Virus record (IMG/VR): IMGVR_UViG_2558860386_000003
Strand: one strand, 5' to 3'
Length of the DNA stretch: 64,000 nt
From: a virus
Made by a program: the position numbers and the translations under genes. The notes beneath the pieces were generated by a model. The model searched no databases and was not told the origin of the DNA. It saw only the letters and a program-made list of their open reading frames with translations. Shown here piece after piece: positions 26,199-34,616 of the stretch. Positions within the stretch are counted from its first letter, which is position 1, and the number at the start of each line of letters is the position of its first letter.

Positions 26199-27269
26199 AT
26201 GACCATTAATAAAACAGCATCTGGCAACTGGCGTGTGCGCGTTGAAATTGGCAGAGACCACAACGGTAAACGCCAGCGTAAAACAGGGACATTTAAAACA
26301 AAAAGAGAAGCCATAGCAGCAGAGCACATGTGGAGCGAGCTGGCACGTAAAGAGGTTATTTTACGTGAGAAGATGGGTTTTACTGAGTTTGTAGACTATG
26401 TATATCTACCTCGCACAGAAAAACGCATACGTTATAACACACTTAAAGCTTATAAGCGCGATATTAAACTTAGATTAAAACCTGCGTTTAAAAACAAACC
26501 AATAGACCGTATTACACATGATGATATTCAGACAATGATTGATACATGCTCAAGCTATAAAGTGGCTCAAAACGCGCTAAACACCGCAAGGACAGTATTA
26601 AACGTCGCTGCAGAACTACATTATGCAAAAAGTAATCCCGCAACGGATAAATACGTATTACCTGCACGTGTGTTATATCCAGAAGACCACAACGGAGACT
26701 GGCTTACCAGTTTTGAGCAGCATGACGAGTTTATTAGCCAAATAGATAATGAGCTGTTTAAGACTGTGTCCATACTTGGCTTGTCTTTGGGTTTACGCAA
26801 AGGCGAGATATTCGGTCTTGATTGGGAGGACATAGACTTCTCTAAACGCCTTGTACATGTGCAGCGCACCTACGTAAAAGAGAAGGACGGATACAAGCTC
26901 ATGCCGCCAAAAACAAGGAAGAGCAACCGCTATGTGCCACTACGTAAAACGTCCACACAGTGGCTCTACGCCCTTTATGAAAGCCGCAATAAGCCTACAG
27001 GGGCAATATGTCTAAACCAGCTAGGAAAGCGCGCAAATCCTGCTTCTACGGCTTGCAAGTGGGTGAAGTATTTAAAGCGCCATAATTTGCCATACGTAAC
27101 AATTCTTAATATGCGCCATAGCTTTGCCACAAGCTGCCTTATGGCTGGCATGGAGATAAGTAAGGTGTCTCGCTATCTTGGCCATACATCCATCAATACA
27201 ACCGTTGCTCGATATGTGCGCTACAAAGCCGCTGATATGGTAGATGATTTTGACCGCTTTGTGGTTTAA
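26199..27269 (+). CDS. int: Tyrosine integrase of prophage 1
   Basis: Arm-binding N-terminus, GLRKGEI, MRHSFAT, LGH, RY. Confidence 0.95.
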   Translation: MTINKTASGNWRVRVEIGRDHNGKRQRKTGTFKTKREAIAAEHMWSELARKEVILREKMGFTEFVDYVYLPRTEKRIRYNTLKAYKRDIKLRLKPAFKNKPIDRITHDDIQTMIDTCSSYKVAQNALNTARTVLNVAAELHYAKSNPATDKYVLPARVLYPEDHNGDWLTSFEQHDEFISQIDNELFKTVSILGLSLGLRKGEIFGLDWEDIDFSKRLVHVQRTYVKEKDGYKLMPPKTRKSNRYVPLRKTSTQWLYALYESRNKPTGAICLNQLGKRANPASTACKWVKYLKRHNLPYVTILNMRHSFATSCLMAGMEISKVSRYLGHTSINTTVARYVRYKAADMVDDFDRFVV

Positions 27270-27274
27270 AAATA

Positions 27275-27304
27275 TTGTCCCAAAATTGTCCCCTAAAATG
27301 TCCC
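27275..27304 (+). repeat. Triple integrase arm-type repeat TGTCCC (phage 1)
   Basis: Three copies, 11- and 12-bp period, about 115 bp from the core. Confidence 0.7.
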
Positions 27305-27419
27305 GACACTTAGAGCCGCCCAGGTAACACTTATAGAACACTTAGAGTAGCAGCAGGTAGATAAGGTGAGTAAATAAACTATATTTATGCAGGTAAACAG
27401 GGGTATTTTGCATCAAAAC

Positions 27420-27445
27420 ACTGGCGGAGAGGGAGGGATTTGAAC
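27420..27445. repeat. att core (duplicated tRNA-Ser 3' end), junction of the two prophages
   Basis: ACTGGCGGAGAGGGAGGGATTTGAAC identical to 60662-60687. Confidence 0.95.
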
Positions 27446-27523
27446 GCTTTTTGTAAGTGTTCTAATAAATCAGAACACCTACAGATAGCAGCTCATTTTT
27501 CGTGCTGTCTTACGAGCAGCGCA

Positions 27524-27540
27524 TGACCCATTTATGACCC
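27524..27540 (+). repeat. Double arm-type repeat TGACCC (phage 2)
   Basis: Two copies, 11-bp period; same hexamer at 60530 and 60542. Confidence 0.7.
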
Positions 27541-27544
27541 TTTT

Positions 27545-28615
27545 TTATTCTATAAAGCTATCGAAATCGCTCACCATATCTTCTGCTTTATAGCGTACAT
27601 AACGCGCAACTGTTGTGTTAATGGACGCATGGCCAAGATAGCGTGACACCTTGCTTATCTCCATACCAGCCATCAAACAGGCAGTTGCAAAACTATGTCG
27701 CATATTGAGCATTGTAACGTATGGAAGATTGTTTTTTCTTACGTATGCCAGCCATCTATGAGACGCCACACGCGGATTTGCACGCCGTCCTTTGTAATTA
27801 ACGCATATTGCGCCTGTAGGCTTTTCGCGGCGCTCATAGAGCTCATATAGCCATTTAGTAATGCTTTTACGCAGCGGTATATAACGGTCGCTCTTCTTTG
27901 TCTTAGGCGGCATGAGTTTGTGGCCATGCTCTTCATTAACGTAGGTACGCTGCACGTGCACAAGGCGTTTGTCAAAATCTATATCCTCCCAGTTAAGACC
28001 GAATATCTCGCCTTTGCGCAAGCCTAGAGACAGCCCTAAGACTGCTATTGTCTTAAAGAGTTCGTTGTCTATTTTGTCGATAAATGCGTCATGCTGTTCA
28101 AAACTTGTAAGCCAGTCGCCGTTATGATCTTCTGGATACACTTCACGCTTTGGCATGGTATAGCGCTGTGTGGCGGGATTTGAATTGATATAGCCAAACG
28201 CCACGGCTTCATTGAGTACTTGCCTAAGTGTGTCACGCGTATTGGTGGCCACTTTGTAACTACTGCATGCACCCAGAACTGCTTGAATGCGCTCATGCGT
28301 AATATCTTCCATCTTCATGCTTCCAAACGCAGGAAGCAGCCTAAGCTTTAAATCGCGCATATACATCTTGTATGTGTTATAGCGCACGCGCGTCTGTGCT
28401 TGTGGTAGATACACCTCGCTTACAAATTGCCCAAACAGCATGGATTCACGCACAATAACGTTTTTTCGCGCGAGCTCACTCCACAGATGCTCTGCTGCCT
28501 TAGCTTCTCTTTTGGTGGGAAATACGCCTGTTTTGCGTTTACGTTGTCCGTTAGAGTCTCTTCCTATCTCCACGCGCACGCGCCACTTGCCACTAGGTGT
28601 TTTATCTATGGCCAT
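27545..28615 (-). CDS. int: Tyrosine integrase of prophage 2
   Basis: Same motifs and length as integrase 1, closely similar throughout. Confidence 0.95.
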   Translation of the reverse strand: MAIDKTPSGKWRVRVEIGRDSNGQRKRKTGVFPTKREAKAAEHLWSELARKNVIVRESMLFGQFVSEVYLPQAQTRVRYNTYKMYMRDLKLRLLPAFGSMKMEDITHERIQAVLGACSSYKVATNTRDTLRQVLNEAVAFGYINSNPATQRYTMPKREVYPEDHNGDWLTSFEQHDAFIDKIDNELFKTIAVLGLSLGLRKGEIFGLNWEDIDFDKRLVHVQRTYVNEEHGHKLMPPKTKKSDRYIPLRKSITKWLYELYERREKPTGAICVNYKGRRANPRVASHRWLAYVRKNNLPYVTMLNMRHSFATACLMAGMEISKVSRYLGHASINTTVARYVRYKAEDMVSDFDSFIE

Positions 28616-28639
28616 ACAGACCACCTGATATATACTTAA

Positions 28640-28708
28640 CCATGGTTACACTCCATGTAGCCATGCCCTCGTTTCAATCTTGGCGGATGCGACGAGGGCA
28701 ATTTTTAT
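28640..28708 (+). ncRNA. Putative antisense RNA over integrase 2 leader (UUGGCG loop)
   Basis: GGTTACA/TGTAGCC and TGCCCTCG/CGAGGGCA hairpins + ATTTTT; TATACT -10. Confidence 0.55.
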
Positions 28709-28792
28709 AGATACTTTAGACGGTAGAATTGCTACATCATTTCTGTTACCTTCCCCCTATTCTCCTGTCAAATGAAGATAGGAGAACACATT

Positions 28793-28873
28793 ATGGACAA
28801 ATACGAAATACATCTTGCATTTATCATTGTCGAGCTATCTGCCATCTTTTTTCTTTTGCTAACCAAGCTTTAA
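28793..28873 (+). CDS. 26-aa hydrophobic peptide, type I toxin-like
   Basis: MDKYEIHLAFIIVELSAIFFLLLTKL; AGGAGA SD inside a 10-bp stem. Confidence 0.45.
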   Translation: MDKYEIHLAFIIVELSAIFFLLLTKL

Positions 28874-29212
28874 AAAAGAAGCGAGGAGCTGGAATAAAAA
28901 AGTTAAGGCTGCGCCTAAGACCACTAGGCCAATATCGCGCAGAGCACCTTTTCTTTGCGCTCTCTTCTCTTCTAGCTCTTTTTCTCTTGTTCGCTTGTCT
29001 TCTGCTTCTTTCTCCTCGAAGTAATGAAAAGCCTTGGTTGACAGTTTTATATATGCACCACCAGAAGCATACGGCCTTACATCTGCGAACATATCGCATT
29101 CTTTTAGCTCAGAAAATGCAACGCTTCTCACATCCTTACAGTACGCTGCACCATCTTTTGAGCAAGTAATTAATTCTCTTAATAACTTCTCTGCTTCTAG
29201 ATACATGGCCAC
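28859..29212 (-). CDS. C-terminally membrane-anchored protein in the lysogeny module
   Basis: 117 aa, single C-terminal hydrophobic helix, directly downstream of cI. Confidence 0.7.
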   Translation of the reverse strand: MAMYLEAEKLLRELITCSKDGAAYCKDVRSVAFSELKECDMFADVRPYASGGAYIKLSTKAFHYFEEKEAEDKRTREKELEEKRAQRKGALRDIGLVVLGAALTFLFQLLASFLKLG

Positions 29213-29214
29213 AC

Positions 29215-29862
29215 CTATATCTCGAAATCAAACGGCACGGTGTACCAGACAACACGCCCAATAATCGTGATTGTCTCGGTGCCCGCTACTGTGTGGTCGT
29301 ATACCATTGGATGAAACGTCGGATCGGTTGAGTCAGGTACCAGCTCAACGCCATTTTCTAGCTGCCTTACACGTTTTACAGTAGCGTCGTAGCCGTTTAC
29401 GCAGACGGCATAAACGGCGTTGTTGATAACAGGATCCCTAAGAACTGGATCTATTAAAGCCAGGCAACCATTAGGAAGCGTACGATTCATGCTCTCGCCG
29501 TCAACAGTTAAGAAAAAAGCTTTTGGATGCTTATGAAGCAGGTAGGACGGACATGGAAATCCATAATCGCCACATTCCATTTCTATAGGTGTGCCAGCAG
29601 AAATGCTACCAAGGACTTTTAGCTCTTCACTTGAGAATTCTTCTTCATCACGAGCTGGAGAATATTCAGCAAAAAGCTTTGGCATTGGTACTTGAAAAAA
29701 GTCTGTTACTTCTTTCATCCTGTCAAAATCAGGTAAAGTTCCCGATGTCTCCCATGCACCTATGGTGCTTTTAGAAACGCCTAATTTCATTGCGAGCTCG
29801 CGTTGGGTTAACCCTCTTTCTGCTCTTAATCTTGCAATATTGTCGCCAAATACACTGCTCAT
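29215..29862 (-). CDS. CI-type repressor (HTH + S24 autopeptidase)
   Basis: ISAG, GESM, TVKR motifs. Confidence 0.92.
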   Translation of the reverse strand: MSSVFGDNIARLRAERGLTQRELAMKLGVSKSTIGAWETSGTLPDFDRMKEVTDFFQVPMPKLFAEYSPARDEEEFSSEELKVLGSISAGTPIEMECGDYGFPCPSYLLHKHPKAFFLTVDGESMNRTLPNGCLALIDPVLRDPVINNAVYAVCVNGYDATVKRVRQLENGVELVPDSTDPTFHPMVYDHTVAGTETITIIGRVVWYTVPFDFEI

Positions 29863-29989
29863 TGTTCACCTTCTAAGCTTTTTAAAAGCTTTGGCCATTT
29901 TTATCGGTTCTCTTTTTCAATTCTACATATTTAGTCCAATTTTTTTAGCCATTATTGTTGACTGCCCAATATTATTAGCCTATTATCAT

Positions 29990-30014
29990 TTTTGCCCAGT
30001 ATTTTTGGGCAAAA
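29990..30014. promoter_or_regulatory. Phage 2 operator TTTTGCCCA-N7-TGGGCAAAA
   Basis: Perfect 9-bp inverted repeat; degenerate copies at ~29935-29950 and ~29964-29980. Confidence 0.7.
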
Positions 30015-30034
30015 CATATAAAGGAGGTGACCAA

Positions 30035-30226
30035 ATGAACGGAAAGAAACTGCGCGAGCTGCGCAAGGCAAGTGGCAAGACCCTGCGAGAGATCTCATAC
30101 GAAGCTGATGTGACGGAGTACGCCATCACTCTTATCGAGACTGGCAAGACTCCCAATCCTGGTATTGGGACATTGATTGCCCTTGCTCGTGCTATCGGCT
30201 GCAAGATAACCGATTTCCTCGATTAG
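30035..30226 (+). CDS. Cro-like HTH repressor
   Basis: 63-aa HTH divergent from cI; AAGGAGGTG SD. Confidence 0.85.
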   Translation: MNGKKLRELRKASGKTLREISYEADVTEYAITLIETGKTPNPGIGTLIALARAIGCKITDFLD

Positions 30227-30381
30227 CGCCGTCTGCACCACGCTGTACCACCTGCACTACGCCGTACCTTGAAAGTTGAATAGCAGCAACCAAGCGTCTC
30301 TAGCTCATGAGCGCTTGCATGTTGGCAGCCCTCATTAGAAGAACTGCTAGGAAATATCGAGAGCTATTTATTGGAGACACT

Positions 30382-30774
30382 ATGCAACTTACAAACAAGC
30401 GTGTGTATCTAAGTGGACCTGTGACATCTGCAGAAAGCCTTGCACAAGCACATAAGGCTTTCGAGCTGGCAGAACAGCGTATAGCCACGCACGACCCCAA
30501 GTTTATCTACAACCCCATGAGAAACGTATCGCCCTACGCCACCCACGAACAAGCAATGCTCATTTGCTTAAATGAGCTGACCTACCACGTGGGGGTAAGC
30601 GAAAATCACGGCCCTGTCGTAAGTGAATCTTGGCGACGCCCTGCTTTTGATGTCCTGGTATCGCTTCCCGGTTGGTGCGACTCAGAAGGCGCCATCATTG
30701 AGCGTATCGTGGCAGAAGCCTGTGGCATTAAGTGCGTGAACTTATCAGACATCAAGTTCAAAAAGGAGCTGTGA
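30382..30774 (+). CDS. DUF4406 / nucleoside deoxyribosyltransferase-like protein
   Basis: VYLSGP.T, NP, LPGW..S.GA..E motifs. Confidence 0.8.
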   Translation: MQLTNKRVYLSGPVTSAESLAQAHKAFELAEQRIATHDPKFIYNPMRNVSPYATHEQAMLICLNELTYHVGVSENHGPVVSESWRRPAFDVLVSLPGWCDSEGAIIERIVAEACGIKCVNLSDIKFKKEL

Positions 30775-31019
30775 TGAATGAGAAAGCCCCTACGCAAAAA
30801 AGGAAGCTCGCTGTCCCAGACGGACCGCTTCTTATCACCACTCGCCAGGCTGCGCGCTATCTCGGCATTGGAGAAGAGAAGATACGTGAACTCACAGAGC
30901 AAAAGTACAACCCGCTGCCCTGTGTACGCCTTCCGAACGCGAAGTATCCCTACTACACGAAAGAGACACTGTATGCATACATACAAAAGCTTGCACTTGC
31001 AAGCACCCACACTAAATAG
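30774..31019 (+). CDS. Excisionase / recombination directionality factor
   Basis: LLITTRQAARYLGIG. Confidence 0.75.
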   Translation: MNEKAPTQKRKLAVPDGPLLITTRQAARYLGIGEEKIRELTEQKYNPLPCVRLPNAKYPYYTKETLYAYIQKLALASTHTK

Positions 31020-31053
31020 CAGGCACGCTACGTATTTGCGCCTAGTCGAGCCG

Positions 31054-31125
31054 CAAAAAAAGAATGAGCGCCCCTACTCGCCAAAGTGTAAGCGCTCAAA
31101 CAGGCAAACCAGCCTGTTGTCTATT
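31054..31125 (-). ncRNA. Putative two-hairpin antisense RNA (UUGGCG loop)
   Basis: AACAGGC/GCCTGTT and TGAGCGC/GCGCTCA stems, U-tract, TAAAAT -10 on minus strand. Confidence 0.45.
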
Positions 31126-31257
31126 TTACAAAGCTTGCTGCACTTGGCGCAAATCTATGTGCCAAAACTCATTGTCGGCACAGCAATAGCTCTACTTTTC
31201 GTCGTCCTCACATGGGCGGCTTTTCTTATCTAGCTACACACTAAAAAAGGAGAAACA

Positions 31258-32700
31258 ATGGTTGATACAAAGACCGACCCAGTAAAGATTGCCAGCCTTG
31301 AGCTTGAAAACGTCAAGCGTATCAAGGCAGTATCTATTACCCCCACAACTGATGGCCTAACCGTTATTGGTGGTCGTAATGCCCAGGGCAAAACAAGTGT
31401 TTTAGACGCTATTGCATGGGCACTAGGCGGCAACTCATTCAAGCCGCAAAACCCTAACCGCGAAGGATCTACCACACCAGCAAAGCTCAAAATCGAGCTA
31501 TCTAATGGCCTTATTGTCACACGGCAAGGCTCTAGCGGCACGCTTAAGGTAGTAGATCCTACCGGCAAAAAAAGTGGACAAACGCTTCTCAACTCATTTA
31601 TTGAGCAGCTCGCACTCAATCTGCCAAAGTTTATGAACTCAACTGATAAAGAGAAGGCAGAAGTCTTATTAGACCTTATCGGTGTCAAGGACCAGATAAA
31701 GGCACTCGACAACCAAATCGAGACGCTCTCAGACCAGCGCAGGCCACTTAAGACTGACTATCTTGGCAAGCGCAAAGTAGCAGCTGATATGCCCTATTAC
31801 GCAGATGCACCAGAACAGCCTATAAGTGCAACTGAGCTTATCGAGCGTCAGCAAGCCATCTTGGCAAAGAACAGCCAGAACCAGACTATCCGCCAAAAAG
31901 TGGTGGACCTCGAAGCACAGATGAAACTCAAGGAGCAGCAAGAAGCAGACGCACGTGAGCGCGTAAAGCAAATTGAGCGTGATTTAGTTGCCGCAAACAA
32001 CCAAGTAAGCGCCATCGTAAACGAGAAGTTTCAGCTCTCTAATAGCCTAAGCTCGACAAAAGACGTCGCCCAGAAGCTTGTGGACGAGTCTACAGAGGAC
32101 ATCGAGCAGAAGCTGCGCGATATTGACGCCATCAATGAGAAGGTACGCGCGAACCAAAGGCGTGCTGACTTAGAAGCCGAAGCAGAGACTACCGAAGAGA
32201 CTTATAAGGCAATCTCTGACCAAATCGAGACTGTGCGCAAGCAGCGTATAGCGCTTTTGGAAGGCGCAAACATGCCACTTGATGATTTGGACGTAAAAGA
32301 TGGCTATCTGGTCTACAAGGGCATCACGTGGTCTGATATGAGCAGCGCCGAACAGCTGCGAGTAGCCACAGCCATTGTTCGAGCGCTTAAGCCTGATTGT
32401 GGCTTTGTGCTGGTAGACAAACTCGAGCAAATGGACACGCAAACGCTTGCTGATTTTGGCAGCTGGGCACAAAGCGTAGGTCTACAAGTCATCGGAACAC
32501 GCGTATCCACAGGAGACGAGTGCAGCGTTGTTATTGAAGATGGCTACGCCAAGCAAGACTCGCCCATACCACCAAATACGCCAGTAGCGCCTATAGCGCC
32601 TGTGATGCCTATGACGCCTGTAGCGTCTGCAAGCGCTCCTACGGTCGCTCCTGCTCAAGAACCAAAGTTCCCAAATCCGTTTGCTCCAGGCGTATTTTAG
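31258..32700 (+). CDS. SMC/SbcC-like coiled-coil ATPase
   Basis: GRNAQGKTS Walker A, MSSAE signature, VLVDKLE. Confidence 0.85.
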   Translation: MVDTKTDPVKIASLELENVKRIKAVSITPTTDGLTVIGGRNAQGKTSVLDAIAWALGGNSFKPQNPNREGSTTPAKLKIELSNGLIVTRQGSSGTLKVVDPTGKKSGQTLLNSFIEQLALNLPKFMNSTDKEKAEVLLDLIGVKDQIKALDNQIETLSDQRRPLKTDYLGKRKVAADMPYYADAPEQPISATELIERQQAILAKNSQNQTIRQKVVDLEAQMKLKEQQEADARERVKQIERDLVAANNQVSAIVNEKFQLSNSLSSTKDVAQKLVDESTEDIEQKLRDIDAINEKVRANQRRADLEAEAETTEETYKAISDQIETVRKQRIALLEGANMPLDDLDVKDGYLVYKGITWSDMSSAEQLRVATAIVRALKPDCGFVLVDKLEQMDTQTLADFGSWAQSVGLQVIGTRVSTGDECSVVIEDGYAKQDSPIPPNTPVAPIAPVMPMTPVASASAPTVAPAQEPKFPNPFAPGVF

Positions 32701-32721
32701 GCGCCTAGGAAGGACTGACAC

Positions 32722-33828
32722 ATGGCATTCCAAATCACACGCGGCACGATTACAAAGCCGCAAAAAGTTATTTTGTATGGAGTGGAAGGCATCGGCAAAT
32801 CCACGCTTGCCGCACAATTTCCCTCTCCTCTTTTTATCGACGTGGAAGGAGGGACCGATCACATCGATGTTAACCGCCTGCCACAACCGACAAGCTGGTC
32901 AATGCTTTTGGAAGAAGTGCGCTGGATACGCGATTTCCCCTACGAATGCGGAGGAACGCTTATTATTGACACCCTGGACTGGGCGCAGCAGCTGTGCGCG
33001 GTCCACATCTGTGGGGCCGAAAACAAAAAGTCCATTGAGGATTTTGGTTATGGCACCGGATACACCAAGGTATATGAGGAGTTCGGTAAATTCCTCAATT
33101 TGCTCAGCGATGTATGCGAACACGGGCTTAATGTCGTGTGCCTTGCCCATGCGTCCATTGAGCGTATCGAGCAGCCGGGAGAGATTGGAACCTACGACCA
33201 TTGGGGATTGAAGCTTCAGGCCGGCAGGAAGACGTCTATCGCAAATATGGTCAAGGAGTGGGCAGATGCAGTGCTGTTCTGTAACTACAAGACCAATATC
33301 AACGTGACCGACGCTAAAAGCGGCAAAGCAGTCGCGCAGGGTGGGCGCATCCGCCAAATTCACACAAACCATTCTGCGGCATATGACGCTAAGAACCGTT
33401 GGGGCATGGCTGACAGCGTACCTATGGAGTGGAACCAGATAGCGCCCTATATCCCTGTGCCAAACATCCCAAATCCCACACAAACGATGCCACCTACGCA
33501 AAATATAGCGACACAAACTACGGCAAACGCTGCTGTGGCTGCACAGAACATCACACAGGCGGAGTTTGACGCTATTCCCGTACCATTTGACACAAACGAG
33601 CCTAACGCGGCTCAAAACGGCTTAGAATCGCTTCCCGATAATCTGGCCAAGCTTAAAGCCCAAATTGAGGGCGTAGGGCTTACCACAGACGATGTTATGG
33701 GCGCTCTTGTATCTAAGGGATACGCAACACCTGATATGCCGTTTGAAGCTCTGGCACCACGTGAGGACATCGTGGCATGGATTCCTACAGTTTTGGATTC
33801 CATCAAGGCATCAATTACCAGCAAATAA
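32722..33828 (+). CDS. AAA_24 (Sak4-like) ATPase/recombinase
   Basis: YGVEGIGKST, IIDTLD, AKNR. Confidence 0.85.
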   Translation: MAFQITRGTITKPQKVILYGVEGIGKSTLAAQFPSPLFIDVEGGTDHIDVNRLPQPTSWSMLLEEVRWIRDFPYECGGTLIIDTLDWAQQLCAVHICGAENKKSIEDFGYGTGYTKVYEEFGKFLNLLSDVCEHGLNVVCLAHASIERIEQPGEIGTYDHWGLKLQAGRKTSIANMVKEWADAVLFCNYKTNINVTDAKSGKAVAQGGRIRQIHTNHSAAYDAKNRWGMADSVPMEWNQIAPYIPVPNIPNPTQTMPPTQNIATQTTANAAVAAQNITQAEFDAIPVPFDTNEPNAAQNGLESLPDNLAKLKAQIEGVGLTTDDVMGALVSKGYATPDMPFEALAPREDIVAWIPTVLDSIKASITSK

Positions 33829-33881
33829 CAATTAGATTTAGGTAAAATATTCGATTTTAGGATTTTAGAAAGGCAAATACC

Positions 33882-34616
33882 ATGGCAGAAGAGCTAGGAC
33901 AGCCACTAGGCTGGGACGACCCCATCGAAAACGTACCTGACGACGAGTTTACCTTGTTTGACGCGGGCGACTATCCCTTTGAGGTCACCAAGATTGAGCG
34001 TGCTACCTTTAACGGCAGCAATAAGATGGCAGCATCGCCCATGGCTAAACTTACGCTTAAGCTTACCGATCCCACAGATGGGCGAAACTCTTACGCATTT
34101 TATAACCTCATCCTCAACGCAAAGGTGAAGTATCGTATCAAAGAGTTTTTCGTCTCGCTAGGACTTACCCCAGAAAACGCCGAAGGAGACACCTTCGCGC
34201 CTTGCTGGAATGCGGTAGTAGGTGCTTGTGGGTGGTTGCATATGGAGCACCGCGAGTATAACGGCAATACGTATGCAGACGTCAAAAAGTGCCTAAAGCC
34301 CTCTGAGGTCGCTAAAAAGGGTCTTACGACTACTTCCCCACAAAACAGCTACACTGCACCTGTAGCCGCTCCCGTGGCCACCCAGACACCCGTAGCCGCA
34401 CCGGTACAAGCACCCGCAGCTACTCCTGTTGCAGCACCTGCACAAGCGCCTGCTTACTCACAGCAGCAAATGCCGCTGTCAACTGCGCCTGTAGCGCAGC
34501 CAGTGGTGGCCACCCCGGTTCCTGCCGGTGTGCCGATCCAGCAGGTGTCCCAACGGGCAACACAGATGCCACCAGCACCTCAGGCCCCCGCTGCTCCTGC
34601 ACCTGGAGTATTTTAA
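33882..34616 (+). CDS. DUF669-like phage SSB with Pro/Ala-rich tail
   Basis: Position after Sak4-like gene; G.Y.F.V OB-like N-terminus. Confidence 0.65.
   Translation: MAEELGQPLGWDDPIENVPDDEFTLFDAGDYPFEVTKIERATFNGSNKMAASPMAKLTLKLTDPTDGRNSYAFYNLILNAKVKYRIKEFFVSLGLTPENAEGDTFAPCWNAVVGACGWLHMEHREYNGNTYADVKKCLKPSEVAKKGLTTTSPQNSYTAPVAAPVATQTPVAAPVQAPAATPVAAPAQAPAYSQQQMPLSTAPVAQPVVATPVPAGVPIQQVSQRATQMPPAPQAPAAPAPGVF

Larger units (their letters stand above)
1..27445 (-). mobile_element. Prophage 1 (siphovirus-like, left end outside window)
   Basis: Contiguous tail-head-terminase-replication-cro/cI-integrase order ending at the att core 27420-27445. Confidence 0.93.

Noticed and set aside
30382..30774. 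DUF4406 gene as a signalling or defence system
   Set aside because: Single common phage early gene with no supporting context
31258..32700. SMC-type defence system (Wadjet/Lamassu)
   Set aside because: No partner genes; sits in a standard ATPase-Sak4-SSB-helicase replication module
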